A DNA stretch of 47,482 nucleotides from Neoconidiobolus thromboides FSU 785 (taxonomy: Eukaryota; Fungi; Entomophthoromycota): the NCBI GenBank assembly GCA_025603075.1, contig MU626410.1:1-47482 (forward strand), given 5' to 3'. The translations under genes and the position numbers were made by a program. The first letter of the stretch is position 1. Each line of letters starts with the position of its first letter. This document shows positions 22,221 through 35,300 of the stretch, piece by piece. The notes beneath the pieces were generated by a model. The model searched no databases. It saw nothing but the letters and a program-made list of their open reading frames with translations, and was not told the DNA's origin.

Positions 22221-23864
22221 TATATTAGTTATTTTTTGATTATTTTATTGCTATTTATTATTATTGTTAAAATGCATTTTACTAATAGCTGATTTGGGCT
22301 ACTAGTGCTATTATCAATGCCTAATATTTGTAATAAAATGCATTTTTATAGCTATATTCTATATTCTAGTTAATGAAGCTAAAAATAAGTAATTTAAAAA
22401 CAAATCTAAATATATTATATATATTAGATAAGAAAGGCTATTATTAGAAAGTATTCAAATAGTTATGATGCATATAAGTTGTAAGGAGCCAAAGATAGCT
22501 AAAAACGAATTGTAATCAATTAACCAATTGAGAATAAAATTTATCAGTTTAATTTTTAACATGTTGCTATAAAAATAAATTTTAATATTAATTCTATAAA
22601 ACACTTTCATTTTCAAAATTAAAGCATGATTTTAATTTAAAAAAATAGAATGAATAAAGATAAACACATTAAAACTTATATGGCTATACTGCAACACTAA
22701 AATAAATAACATACTTTTATTAAAAAGGATATATATTAAGAAAAGATAATGTTATCAATGAAGAAATGATCTAATAAATTGCAAACATTAAATCACTAAA
22801 TTGCGAAAAGAATGCTTAAAGCGAATTGTTACTATATGATTTCATTTTTATTTTCCCAAGAAAATAAACCAAGGTATCTATTATTAAAGTTATTATTTGA
22901 ATTATTTTGATTTATTTGTTTATTTATAAAAAAAATAACATAATATTTTAATATAAAATATGGGATCAATGCTGTATTACATTATATAAACTAGTATTTT
23001 AGACTCAAATTATTTGTTATTTTTAAAACCCTGTTGACCTAAAAAGTCAAATTACAGCTGTCAAGTCAAATTAAAACAAAAATAAAAGCAAAATTCAATA
23101 AATTAATTTTGATTGGATAGAGATTTCCAATACAAAATAATAAATTTTATGTTCTGTAATACTATAGCTATGAGATCAGGATGATATAACAGTTGTCATA
23201 TAACTTGTTAGTCCTTGCCAATTTATTAAACGTACGATAAGGAGCTAAATATAGTAATAGCTTAATAACATAATAAAGTACTTTAATTAACGGCCAGAGT
23301 TTTTTATTATACTGTCTTAAGCCTAATTTTTATTGGAAATTCCATGGGCAAATACTTTTCAGAATTCAATAAGAAAAAAGCCAATTTTAAACTTGAGGTG
23401 GTGTGTTCGATTTGTTGGGGCGATTCATTTTTCATATGAAGGAACTTAATTTTATTTCATCCAATTAATTAAATTCAATATTTAATCACATTCATTTAAA
23501 CTAACTTCTTATCTAATTTCTTATATCTATTTTTGGTTAAATCCCTGCTTAGCAAGATTTTCTCTTATCTCCACCCAATAATAGACTTAGTATTTCTCTA
23601 ACAAGTCTTACATTATGTTTTAAACGAATTAATAGAGGAGCCTAGAAATAAGGTATAAAAATCAGCATATCAATCGCAAAACATATATAAACAAAAGCTA
23701 AACTCCTAACAAGATTAATTTTTCAATAAATTTAAATCATTGATATCTTATAAAGCGTTATTAAATAGTATTTGCAACTATTGAATGGAATTAAGCCCCC
23801 AATCTGTGAAATACTATACCCTAAATCAATTATCCATATATTATACTTTTAATTCATATCCAAG

Positions 23865-24422
23865 ATGATCGAAGTTCCAAGACATACTCAAATGAATCAA
23901 ACCATTAACAAAAATGAAGTACCTTTTGTACCAAAGTTATTGCCTCCTCTTCCTCGTGTTTCTCCAACCAACCAAGCCAATGTTGACCAAGTCTGTTTCC
24001 AATGGAATAATGGTCAAAAAGGTCTAGAGCCATCCATGCTCTGCTTTGCTTCAAGTAAAGCTGAAGGAGACCAGTTACGCCATAATCCATTTTCAGGGAT
24101 CTATATCAATTATCTATATGGACAACAATCTTGCGATAAGTACCAAGAATGTAGCCAAAAAGGAAGAAAATTCCAATTCGATACTAACAGTCAAAACCAT
24201 CAGTTGGACCTCGGGCATGGCTTCGAAAATATGAAGCAACATGCTGTAAAAGTTTGCCAACCTACTATTGAAACTGGTTCTAATTACTTACAAAGTTGGA
24301 CTAACGGGTTTCAAGAAAAATTCATGAAAAGTTATTTTAATGCTATCAAAGAAGGGGAGGGAGTTAACTTGGCTAAAAAAATGATAAATAGCCTTAGTAC
24401 AAAGAGCAAAGATGAGGAATAA
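23865..24422 (+). CDS. Hypothetical intronless protein, 185 aa
   Basis: Long open frame with coding-like composition in AT-rich surroundings; no family recognised. Confidence 0.65.
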   Translation: MIEVPRHTQMNQTINKNEVPFVPKLLPPLPRVSPTNQANVDQVCFQWNNGQKGLEPSMLCFASSKAEGDQLRHNPFSGIYINYLYGQQSCDKYQECSQKGRKFQFDTNSQNHQLDLGHGFENMKQHAVKVCQPTIETGSNYLQSWTNGFQEKFMKSYFNAIKEGEGVNLAKKMINSLSTKSKDEE

Positions 24423-25283
24423 TATTAATATTTAGAGTAGCATTCCTTTTAATTTATTAAATAAAATTTTTATTCTTTAATACTGATTATTTTATTGTTA
24501 AAATTTATTTTAATGCCATTAAATTTGGAGAAATTCACTTTCACATGATAGATCCTCAGGGTAAATTTGTGTTGTTATCTAATAGACATTAATATGGTTA
24601 ACATTGATGGTTCCTCATCTTAATATGTAATGAACTAATGACATATTATTATTTATTGCAAATATATGACGCAGCAATATAGGAATGTTTTAATTTAACA
24701 TAGAATATAAACATAATAATATTAAGTTATTGCAGATAAACTTTGTTTTTTATCAATAATAAACTATCGTGTTTGAAGTTCATTAACTGCTATCAGTTTT
24801 ATCATGTGAACTTAATATTATCAATAGTGGTAAAAGATAAAAATGATATTCATAAATAATCAATAATAAAAGTAATATTTTTATATGAAAACTTTGTCTG
24901 TACTAATGTCTTTAATTTGGTTAGTTAAATTGAACTTTAAAGTTTTAAACAGTTTGAGTTTAGTCTAAATAATTTTAATCCACACTTTAATATTCTTTGT
25001 GAGGTTTTATTTTTAAGCCTGGGCCTTATTATTTTATTAATTTTATGTAAAACCTTTCTTTAATTATGTAATAAATTTTTTAGTGTATTTCTTTGAATAT
25101 ACTTTTAAAAATCAAAAAATTATTGTTTAGTGTATAATCAAATATGCTAATAAATTAATTGAAAAAACTATTTATCAACTGTTAAAAAAGAGTGTAGAGA
25201 TTTATTTAGAAAATGCTAAAATTTTATTTTATTAATTAGAAATATAAACAACTTGAAACATAAAGCGGATATTTAAAAAAACT

Positions 25284-26087
25284 TTACTTCTCATCCTCTT
25301 GAAAATAATTGATATCAAACCCTTTAAAGACATTGCCGAAATCCGGTTTATAATCATCGTCATGGACCTTAATATCCAAACTAGAATTGACTAAGGTATC
25401 TCTTGAAGTATTGATCGACAATCTTCGCTGCTGTTGAGCATACTTTGGCAGTTCACTAATTTTTTTGCCACGAAATGAACTTTTAGGCCTATTTGGACCC
25501 AAAAATTTCTTTGGGTCTGTTTTTAACATTTCTTCAAAACTCATCTCTTGTTCCAATTCTGACTCATCATAACAATCAAAATTAAGCATAGAGAAAGAAG
25601 TTGACATGCGTCTTGAATGGTTACTAGAAAAGGGATTAAATAATAGCCCTTTTTTAGTTGTTTTTTTCTTTATCATTTTGTTTTTTTCCCCTTTTTCTAA
25701 TAAACTTGGACTTTTTTTTGGTTTACAATGAAAGCTTTCATCCATTTTCTTATTAAATGACTTTCTAGCTATGACTATGATAATAATAATTAATATCAAT
25801 AATACCCCACCGGCTATTCCTACAATCAACCCTATCGGCGTTGATGAGCCATTGCTTGATGTTGTGCTTTTGTTCACTTGAGTTGAATTTCCCACACAAC
25901 TTACGGAAGGGCATGTGTCACATGTGCGTACGGATACTATACATATCTTATCATCTGGACATTTTGGACACATTGGACGCGTTATTGGACATTGTACGCA
26001 TTCAGTGCTTGTCTCATTTAAATTCATTTTTTGGTCATCAGCAATTAATAAATAATTAGGTGTTATGTCTAATTTACTGTTAGACAT
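25284..26087 (-). CDS. OPY2: Opy2-like type I membrane protein (Cys-rich extracellular domain); start probably MSNSKL
   Basis: CVQCPITRPMCPKCPDDKICIVSVRTCDTCPSVSC (8-Cys Opy2 pattern), Ser/Thr linker, TM helix PIGLIVGIAGGVLLILIIIIIVIA followed by RK. Confidence 0.8.
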   Translation of the reverse strand: MSNSKLDITPNYLLIADDQKMNLNETSTECVQCPITRPMCPKCPDDKICIVSVRTCDTCPSVSCVGNSTQVNKSTTSSNGSSTPIGLIVGIAGGVLLILIIIIIVIARKSFNKKMDESFHCKPKKSPSLLEKGEKNKMIKKKTTKKGLLFNPFSSNHSRRMSTSFSMLNFDCYDESELEQEMSFEEMLKTDPKKFLGPNRPKSSFRGKKISELPKYAQQQRRLSINTSRDTLVNSSLDIKVHDDDYKPDFGNVFKGFDINYFQEDEK

Positions 26088-27305
26088 AATTTTAAAAATG
26101 TTAATAACAATAAAAAAAAGCAAGGAAAATAAAAAGTTAAAAATTAATCTGTCTTATTTTATAAATTGACTTTATTAATAGTTGTTTATTGCACTGTATT
26201 ATACCATATTATATAATTTTTTCAGAGGTAATTTATTATTATTAAGTATAGGTTCCCTTCCTATTTTTTTAACAGTAGAAATCATTAACCCGCTAATATT
26301 TTTACCAGTTCTAAGTTAATCAAAGTTTGACTGAATTGCTCAACATGATTGGGCTTTGTTTAATAATCTTAAATAAATAAAAGTATTTTAAATATTTGTA
26401 TTCGTGTTTGTATGATTTTCTTATTACCAAACCTTTGCTTTTAAATTTAATTAATTAGTTTATTATTGTTGGAATTTGAAGCTGCATTTTAATTGTTTTA
26501 TTTATTGATGAGTAATAAAAATATTAAGCAAAGGAACAACCATTTTTGGTAATATTATAGAACTACGTTTTGTTAAATGGACTTACATATAAAGCTAAAG
26601 AAGTAAAATTACTATTAGCTTTTATTTTTAAATAAATGTTTTGAACAATTCTACTTTGAGCCTCTCTTTGATATAGTTTATTAATCAACTAATTGGTGTG
26701 TTTTTATACAGCATTTTTTAATTTGTTATAGACAAAACCATTGAATCTTCTATTAATAGCAACTGCCTTGATCACTTGGCTTACCCACCACCAATACTAT
26801 AAACCGGCCTTTGGAATTTAATCTAGCCCGACTCCTCTTGAAATCTGTGCCTCCAAACGACTAGTTTAGTTGGTTAGGAAATTCTCCCTTGTTTAGCTAA
26901 AACTAACTCAGTTTAAAATAGTGAAAGAGCTTCAGACAGGTAGTTCTTTTGGTATAATACTTTAGTAACAATATATAGCCCTTCAGTTTTTTTTGTTTAC
27001 TTCGTTACTATGCCTATTCCCTTCTGAATCTAACAAACTATAAGTATTCACTATAAATAAAAGTAACTATAAAACTACAAAGAAAATGTGTATTGAAACA
27101 AATAATAAGTAGAAAATCATTTTATTGAAAAATAACAAACATTGCAAATAAGAAAGTAACTATCTAAGTAAAAGAAGATGTGAGTCCATTTAAAAAGAGT
27201 GATATAAATTAATCAAAAAAGGATTATTATTGGTGATGCTTCATTAATAATATCATCAATGCTTCAAAATTACAGAAAGCATGCACTTATAATAAACCAA
27301 TAATT

Positions 27306-28097
27306 TCAGCTAAAGTTATAAAATATCATAGTTCGTGATGTTAACAAAATCATCTTATCACTTAAATAGCCATCATCTTTATCGATAGAAACTAAATCTT
27401 TGGAAGTTAAGATACTAGAACTCTCATTACTAAAATATTCTTTTTCATCAAATCTATCTGCTTCTTTAGTAGCAGCATTAGCGTAACCTTCGTCATCCTA
27501 GTTATTATATTCACTTGAATAAGCTTTATCCTTAGTGATGATATCAATATAATATTCACCATCTAATAAAATATGTCCATTATAAAAACAGGCTGCATTT
27601 TCGGAAGTGATAGTAATAGAGCTATCATCAGTCATGTAACCACCTCCTTCATCAAAACAAAACGTATCTTTAGAATTTAAACCAATATAAACTTTCTCGT
27701 CTAAGCATGTAGTTCTCTTACTAAATTGGCAAACTTTTTTAGGGGTAATGGTAGCAGAATTGTCACTGCTTATGTAACCATCTTCTTCATCAAAGTAAAC
27801 TGCATCCTTTATGATAATATTGGTATAATTACCACCATTTAAAAAAACAGATCCATTACTAGAATTAATAGTGTCCTTGATAGTAATAGTAGTATACTTC
27901 CCATCACCTGAATAATTGTATTCCTCGCCAAAGCGAGCTGTATCTTTAATATTAATATAAGCATAATTATATACATCTGAAAAACCAATTCTATCACCAA
28001 AACAATTAGTACCCTCAGCAGTAATATTTGCATAATCTTCAGAGTCAAAATCAGCTTTACTAAACTTTAGAGCTTCAATAATGGTAGAAATATACAA
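27306..28097 (-). pseudogene. Decayed 23-aa tandem-repeat (beta-solenoid, BspA/LRR_5-like) gene
   Basis: Strict 23-aa periodicity (INIKDTARFGEEYNYSGDGKYTT / ITIKDTINSSNGSVFLNGGNYTN / IIIKDAVYFDEEDGYISSDNSAT ...). The repeat pattern continues in frame past the TAG at 27498-27500 to a TGA at 27306. No ATG start, and upstream coding-like sequence is out of frame. Confidence 0.65.
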
Positions 28098-28286
28098 GTC
28101 TATTTTATTTAATCCGTAGCATTGAAATCGTTGTCAATTTGATTAAGTTGACTATCGTATTTTATAGCAGTATTGTTAAAGCTATAAAATGATAAAATCT
28201 TTATATACCTTTTAAAGAAATTAATGTTGAACATTTGAATCTGATAAAGTTAGTAATTAACCTATGTGTCAAATAAAACAATTTAT

Positions 28287-28386
28287 GGGGACGTATTTTT
28301 ATGTGTAAGAATTTTACTAACAAATTTTCCATTCAAATAGTGCTTAAAAGATAGAAAAAGTAATGAAGCCAAAAAAAAACAGCCCC
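28287..28386 (+). mobile_element. Short MITE, copy F
   Basis: AT|GGGGACGTATTTTT..AAGAATTTTACTAACAAATTTTCCATTCAAATAGTGCTTAAAAGATAGAAAAAGTAATGAAGCCAAAAAAAAACAGCCCC. Confidence 0.85.
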
Positions 28387-28588
28387 AAGTATATTAACTT
28401 TTAGAAAAATACCAGAAAATTATAACTAGATTTTATTTTTTAATTTGTTTTATCATATTTTGTAATAACGTTTTTTCAAACATTTTATCACTGAAGCTAT
28501 GTTACAAATAATATTAAAAATGTTAGATACTTTTAGTTAAAACACTAAAATTAGAATCGTCACCAGCTGACTCTAACAGACGTAATAT

Positions 28589-28684
28589 GTGGATATATTT
28601 TTTGGCTTCATCACTTTTCTATTTTTTAAGCACTATTTGAATGGAAAAAATGTTAGTAAAATTCTTGCACAAAAATACATCTCC
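28589..28684 (-). mobile_element. Short MITE, copy G
   Basis: The reverse complement reads AT|GGAGATGTATTTTTGTGCAAGAATTTTACTAACATTTTTTCCATTCAAATAGTGCTTAAAAAATAGAAAAGTGATGAAGCCAAAAAATATATCCAC|AT. Confidence 0.85.
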
Positions 28685-29854
28685 ATAGAATAATTATAAC
28701 ATGAAAAATTATTACATATATAAATACAATAGAAAATTAATAAAATTAATAAAACTTGACCAAACATTTTTTTAAAACTTGTATAGTAGTAAAAATAAAC
28801 AGAAAAGTGATTTAAGCTATAAATTCTTTTATCTGTTTTGACGTTTATAGTATAAAAAAGTCACAAGTAAGATGGTTTATAAATTATTCAATTCTATTTT
28901 AATATAGGATGCGATTGACTTACTAGAAATTAACTAAACATTACCAAAGCTTTTAAATCTATAATGCTTTGAATTTTATAAGAAAAGTTTTTGTCGATTG
29001 CTTTTAAATTTTAGATAGTACTTAATAGTACTTTTTATACTATATTTTATTATATTTTTATTGTAATATAAAATATTTTGCTTTTTATCTCCATATTCTT
29101 TATTTAATAAACTACAGGATTCTTAAATTTCGCTAAATAGACTTAAAATTCTCTAATTAAAGAATAGTACTTTGCATTTTTAGTAAATGCTTACATTTTT
29201 AAATGTACTTAAAACCTTAATATCATATGAATTTTATTTATAATATATGAAATTCTGCTTGGTTGCTGTATATTTTTTTGAAATTAAATAATAAAACTGT
29301 TTTTAAAAATTTATAGTAAGAGCATTTACTGTTTAGTGTCCGTTTTTATTTTCTCGCCTTAATTATTTGGTTACATTTGAAATGCTAAATAAAACATTTT
29401 GATGTTAAATCCTCATTCTTTAATTTTGATTATGTTTTAGCTTTAAGGGAATTGTTATAATATACTTATATCATTGTATATTATAGACACTAAATTTTGT
29501 TCTAATTTATAGTTTTATAAAATTTTGTAGTGTAAAAAGTTATCAAATATTTTAAAATATAAATTTAATTTGAAGTTTTAACTTTTAAAGTAAAAAAAGT
29601 TGACTCTAAGAATTTAGACTTGTTGACTTATATTTCTAAGTGACAGTTGTAATACAATTAATCGTATAGCCCAAAAACAATAAAATAGATAAAGTTCCAA
29701 ACACTATAATTATACTATCGCCCCCGTAAATTTAAGGAATTAAACAAAAAAAATAAGCAGGAAAAAACTAACTAGAATTCTAGTTAGTTTTTAAATCTTA
29801 GCCATTTAACTTTATTTTAATTTCTTTGCTTCACCTAATCCTTGTTTTACATGT

Positions 29855-29959
29855 GGAGATGTATTTTTGTGTTTAAGAATTTTACTAACAATCTTTCCAC
29901 TCAAATATTGCTTAAAAAATGGAAGAAGTAATGAAGTAATGAAGTCAAAAAAACATCCC
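29855..29959 (+). mobile_element. Short MITE, copy H (internal 8-bp GAAGTAAT duplication)
   Basis: GGAGATGTATTTTTGTGTTTAAGAATTTTACTAACAATCTTTCCACTCAAATATTGCTTAAAAAATGGAAGAAGTAATGAAGTAATGAAGTCAAAAAAACATCCC|AT. Confidence 0.85.
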
Positions 29960-30145
29960 ATGTTTATATAAGACTACAATTATTTTGATTTCTTTATTTT
30001 CCTCATAATTTTGTATTTACAAAAAGTTTGAACTTGTCTTTTATGAGCTTTAAAAAAACATTGTATAAATTCAATCAATTTTACAATTCTTTATTTCAAA
30101 AATGACAATTTAAAATGGTAAATTGTCTTTTTTTATTTTGAAATT

Positions 30146-30920
30146 ATGAATCAACAAAATTCAGCATCAACATCAAAACCTGGCCAAACAACCTACCCGC
30201 CAAAACCAAAGAGTACAAGTTCTATCCAAGTGCATCCAAACCAACGAGGGAATCCTTTATTACAGTACATAAGAAGCTGTCCGTGGACTTGGGCAGAAAT
30301 TGATATCAATAGAATATCTGACAACTTTCCTGATTATTTAGTAGGCAAGGGGCATGCACTCTTATTTTTATCCTTAAAATATCACAAAATCCATCCAGAA
30401 TATATTTACAATCGATTAAATCTAATCAGTGGCTATAAATTAACAGTGATTTTATGTCAAATTGACATCCCAGATCATCAAGACTTTTTAAAAGAATTAC
30501 ATCAACTATCATTTAACAGTTCAGCTACTCTGTTTCTTTGTTGGTCGTCTGAAGAAGCAGGTAGATACATTGAGTGTTTTAAGGTTATGGAAAATAAATC
30601 ACCAGATTTTATTCAATCCAAAGTTGCAATGGATCAGTTCGATAGTCCTTATTTAGCACTGATGAACGAATCTCTGACCAAAGTTAGGTCCGTTAATAAA
30701 ACAGATGTATTGACGTTGGCTTCTACATTTGGTAGCTTTGGAAAATTAGCATTTGCTACAAAACAGCAGTTGTCACTGTGTCCAGGATTGGGAGATAAGA
30801 AAGTGAGTTTTAACTTTTATTTTAACACTTAAAACTCAATTATCTATTTAGGTAGTTCAGTTAGAAAAGGTATTTAGTCAGCCATTTAACCTCAAAGACG
30901 AGGTTGGTCAGGAGGAGTAG
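30146..30920 (+). CDS. RAD10: DNA excision repair protein ERCC1/Rad10/Swi10; 2 exons
   Basis: IQVHPNQRGNPLLQYIR, PDYLVG, LFLSLKYHKIHPEYIYNRL, LCWSSEEAGRYIE, LTKVRSVNKTDVLTL, LSLCPGLGDKK|VVQLEKVFSQPF. Confidence 0.93.
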
Positions 30921-31087
30921 GAGTATTTATTTTGAGATTTAATGAATAAAATTTTGTTTATTGCAGTTAATTTGAGTAATAGTTTTTACATTTACTGGAA
31001 TATGTGGATTCTTTACAATCATAAAAACTAAAATTTACGAGATTTAATTTAAAACTTCTTTTCAAGGTTTAAAAAACTGAACAAATA

Positions 31088-32207
31088 ATGACGATAACTG
31101 AAGGTATGGATAGTAAATATAAACATGTAGATAATAAATTAAAGTAAACAGAGATTGATTCCAAAATATTAAAAGAAATCGAAGATGCCGCAGCCACAGG
31201 AGAAATAAAGTATTATTAGATTTAAATTTAATTTATTTTGAAAATAAACCAATTTAAAAGAGTGCCATGGGTCGAGTTCAAAAGATATCTTAAATTGAAA
31301 CTAGAACAAGTAAGTAGAACTATCGCCTGAGAGAGCAATTCTCTAACAATTATAAGAACTATAAAATCTATCTAGAAAATGAAAAAGAATCGGAATCCAG
31401 TATTGAAATACAGGATTTGTATTCAAAAGCAAATAGCTTGATTGAGCATATGCTTGGGTAATCTTGGATTTCAAATTGAATTTTACAAATCAGTTAATTA
31501 AATAAACAGTCGCCCCTTCACTTTCCAAAGGATATGTGAGATATTGTTGGAACCAAAACCTATTTATCCTACGTTATTTAGATATTTAAATGCAATTGTT
31601 AAGGTAAAAATAAACGGAAGTAGTTGTCTTAAATCTAATTAAAATTTCTTTAGTTGTGTATGGTAGTCACTTATGATGAAGAAAACAATGAGGAACTTAT
31701 AGATCAAGATGAAATCAACATAAGCGTGGTTGATTTTGACAACTGTGGTATAAAGTCAGAAATCACTGTGGAGTTACCACCAAAAAGAAGGTTGGAGGCG
31801 GAGGATTCAAAAAACGACGAAGATGATAACAGAGAACAGAAGGAAGAAGGTGAGTTAAAAAACAGATTCCATAAGTTATATATTAATGTTTTTTTTACGT
31901 AGATAAAATCGAGATGGAGGCTAATGGTGATAAAGAAGAAGAAAATGAGACTAAGAAAATTAAATTAGAGGGTGAGGATGATGAAAAAAAAACAAAGGAT
32001 GAAGGAAACAAAGATGGAGAACAAAAAAAAGAAGAAATAGAGGTTGAACAAGAAGAAAACAAGCAAGAGGTCGAAGATTCAACTTTTGGAGATCTAAATG
32101 ATGAACCTATTTTTAGAGATAAAGTCGAAGATGCTTTTATTTTGGAGACAGATGTTAGGGTGCCAACTGAAGAAAAGAAAATGGAAGAGGATGACAAAGA
32201 GGAATAA
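31088..32207 (+). CDS. PPP4R2: Protein phosphatase 4 regulatory subunit 2 (PPP4R2/Psy4)-like, acidic C-terminus; multi-exon
   Basis: Spliced exons give MTITE|EIDSKILKEIEDAAATGEIK|VPWVEFKRYLK..|RPFTFQRICEILLEPKPIYPTLFRYLNAIVK|VVCMV. The PFT.QR.CE.L motif is characteristic; E/D/K-rich tail. Confidence 0.8.
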
Positions 32208-32380
32208 GTTAGGCGAGGAATCAAATTTAACGTTATTATTTTAAGAAATAAACGAATTATTTTATTACTAAATAAAACTTTTTTACTTACGTTGTATAGT
32301 CTTTTTTAGTTATTAAGATGGCAAGTAATAGTTATGTAACATTTAAACAATTTGATGTTTTATTAAAAAATGGAATAAAT

Positions 32381-35300
32381 TTATTGAGCAAAACGGACTT
32401 GTCTTTCCTCATCTTCCTCATTATTTTTGTGGCGATACCCTTTTAAAAATCGAGTAAGCTTTAATTTGAACTTTCTGAAATCCCCATAGTGTACTTTCCT
32501 AAAATCAGATTAATATTAACATTAAGAAACTTATAAATTTAAAATAATTACTCTGAGGCTTGATCAAGCAAGCCACGTAAAGCGGGAGAGGGTATAGAAG
32601 GATCTTTTGGTAGGGCAAAGGGGGAATCTTTAATGTTAAGGAAAGCAAGTTGGAGCCAATGAACAATTTTTTCACGATTAAGTTCAGCTAGAAGCCCAAT
32701 AATTTCACATGCATCATGTAACTCATAAACTGAATAATACTCAATAGAATTAAGTATCAAACGTCCGATAATGGCTTGGCCATAATTACTAGTCAACGCC
32801 ACAATTTGTTGACAATGTTCATCATTTTTTTTATGATTGACTTCAGCCAATAAAGTATTAAGAATCAATATAAATGACTCAAACGTAGCTCCTAAACCAT
32901 GAGATTCATGCATATCTAAAGTGGCGTAATAGAATTCAAACAAAGTTTCAAAGATCGGTAATGAGAACACCTCACTTTTACTCCTTTTTACAATACTGCT
33001 GAGTAGATAGCAGAAATCTTCAATAACTAAAATTTATTAAAATAAATAAATTTAATTTGATATTAAAAAACTTACTTTGTGGCACTCTGTCGACATGGTA
33101 TGCTCTAGAAACGATCCCAAACGTAAGTTCCGAAGTTCTTTTTACTAAATCAAATGCTTCATACTTATTTGTTTTAAAGTAAGCAACAAATATTTTGCGT
33201 ACAACCCAAATATAAACTGCAGATTCCGAATATTTAAAGCTTTCAACAATCGCATTCGAAAAGCTAGACAAATAAGGTAAATTATGTGGGGCAAGTGACT
33301 CGATGATTTTAACAAAGACAGAAGCTAATACTTCTGAAATAGTTGGATGAGCGTGGTACTTTTCTAACAAATGTTCTAATAAATTCCACATTTGATGGAT
33401 ATAAGTTAATGCTGGGTGTTCATTGTTATTAAATGATACAAGTCCATTTGCTATTATTTTACAAAGTCTATCAAGATAAACTAGTTTTTGTGTTAATTTT
33501 TTTTGTAAAAACATATATATATACTTACAATTAAGTTCTTCAACATTGGAACTAAGCTGCGCTTCATTTGATATATATGTTTGAAGTTTAGCTAAAATTG
33601 GGTCGATGATACTAGTAAGTGCTTCTGCGTAATTTTCTTGTGGTATGTGCTTTAATACAAATCCAATCGCCCCAGTTAACTCTAGCAAATCATATTTCTC
33701 AAGTGTGCTTTCGTATTGCTTGTATAATTCTACTAAAGCTGAAAGATGTTGAGTCATATCCTAAAATAGTTAATTATATTTCAAAGCAAAATTGTCTTAA
33801 CAACTTACCTTGCCACAAAATTGTCCCAAGTAACATATAGAAAGAGCGGCAGCAGGTGCTATTTCTTTATCAGAAAGACCTTCAGAACAATAAGTTAAGA
33901 GAAAAGGAAGAAGGTTTGGATGTAAGGCAATCCACTCAGCATAGTTTGAAATGATAAGAGTGGCAGTTCTTCTAAGTTTAGGATGGGGAGGTAAATTTGG
34001 AAGGACGTTTATTACGTCAAGAACTATTTTGTCTCTTCGACTAATTTCAGATCCTAAAGATCTCAATGCAAATAGTACTGCTTCTATCTCTTGCCAATGC
34101 TCATAAATTTTATCAACTGGATACTGTAGTTGCTGAGTAAGTATTGTGTAAGGCGCTGAAAGGGCTCTATCTACACCCAAAACTGTTGCACAATCCTTCA
34201 AGATGTAACCGATCTCATGTCGAAAGTCTTTAAATTGATCCATTTCTTCTAATGACCAATCTGAATCATTCCTTGGCAATTGAAGTCTACTAATAATCGC
34301 ACTTAAAGTAGCTTCAAAGAAAGGAATAAATAATTCTCTCTTTTCCATATATTTATCATCATTTAAAGCTTGAGAAAATGAATAATAGAAACCAAACGTA
34401 GTTGAAAGTGAATTGATAGGACATTTCTTAATACATTCTACTATACCTTCTAAAAGATGTTGGAAAAGTTCTGGGAATTTAACAATTATTTCTAAATACG
34501 CTTCGCCAGCTTCTGAAAAGATCCTTACTAAACCTTGCAAAATGTCTTCTGGGAGTTCATGTCGTTTGACATAATTTAGTAGTTCACTTATCTTATTATT
34601 TATCTCTTGAATTACAACTTTAGAAGAGTCTACGTCTCTGGTTTCATAAATTATGCCGCAAATAACTTCACATGAGATATCGAATAGTTGGGGTTTGGTA
34701 ATTAAACAATTAAATATTAAATCAAGTAAGTAACTATTTTCTAGGTCATTGATTGCAATATCTCCGGACTTGAGCCAACTTTGTAAGCAGTCGAATACTT
34801 TTTGATAAACTCGATCATTTTTATTTTCTAAAAAGAGTAAAATTTAAATTAAACTATAGATTACAAGTTAATTACCTTCCGACTCTATGATTTTTAATAA
34901 AATATCTAATACAACTTTACTATTATCTGCCAGCAACTTATCACTTTGATCTCTAAACTCGTAATCCTAAAGCAGTCTTAATGGATAAGCACTTAAATTC
35001 TTCAATCTACCTATACTTACACTTAAAGTCTTAAACCCATAAATTGAATTAATTTCCTGAGGCAATACCGTTAAAAATAGAAGAAGGGATCTCAAATTGG
35101 CCATATTGTTTGACCATAATTGAATTAGCCCTGGTACTACGTTTTGCCATTCTTTTAATTGAATAGCAAGTAAAGCAAGTGATAAACATAATTGAGTTAA
35201 TAAGTGATCTGGCGCTTGCTGATGCGCTTCTATAATTTCTATCAAGGAGTCTCTGAGCGATTTGACAGAGTTTGAGTCAAGGTCAAGTAAGTCATTTTTT

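Noticed and set aside
27498-27500. Stop-codon reassignment or programmed readthrough suggested by in-frame TAG/TAA in several frames
   Set aside because: Intact conserved genes end normally in TAA (GMC), TAG (ERCC1) and TGA (DMC1, eIF4E), and the interrupted frames also carry frameshifts or lack starts. Decay is the simpler explanation.
1928-30064. Shared 17-mer CTTTAAAAAAACATTGT at ~1928 and ~30048, and TAGCGGG(T)TAAT at ~3020 and ~26290 (rc)
   Set aside because: Short or low-complexity matches with no extension into the flanks; expected by chance in such AT-rich DNA.
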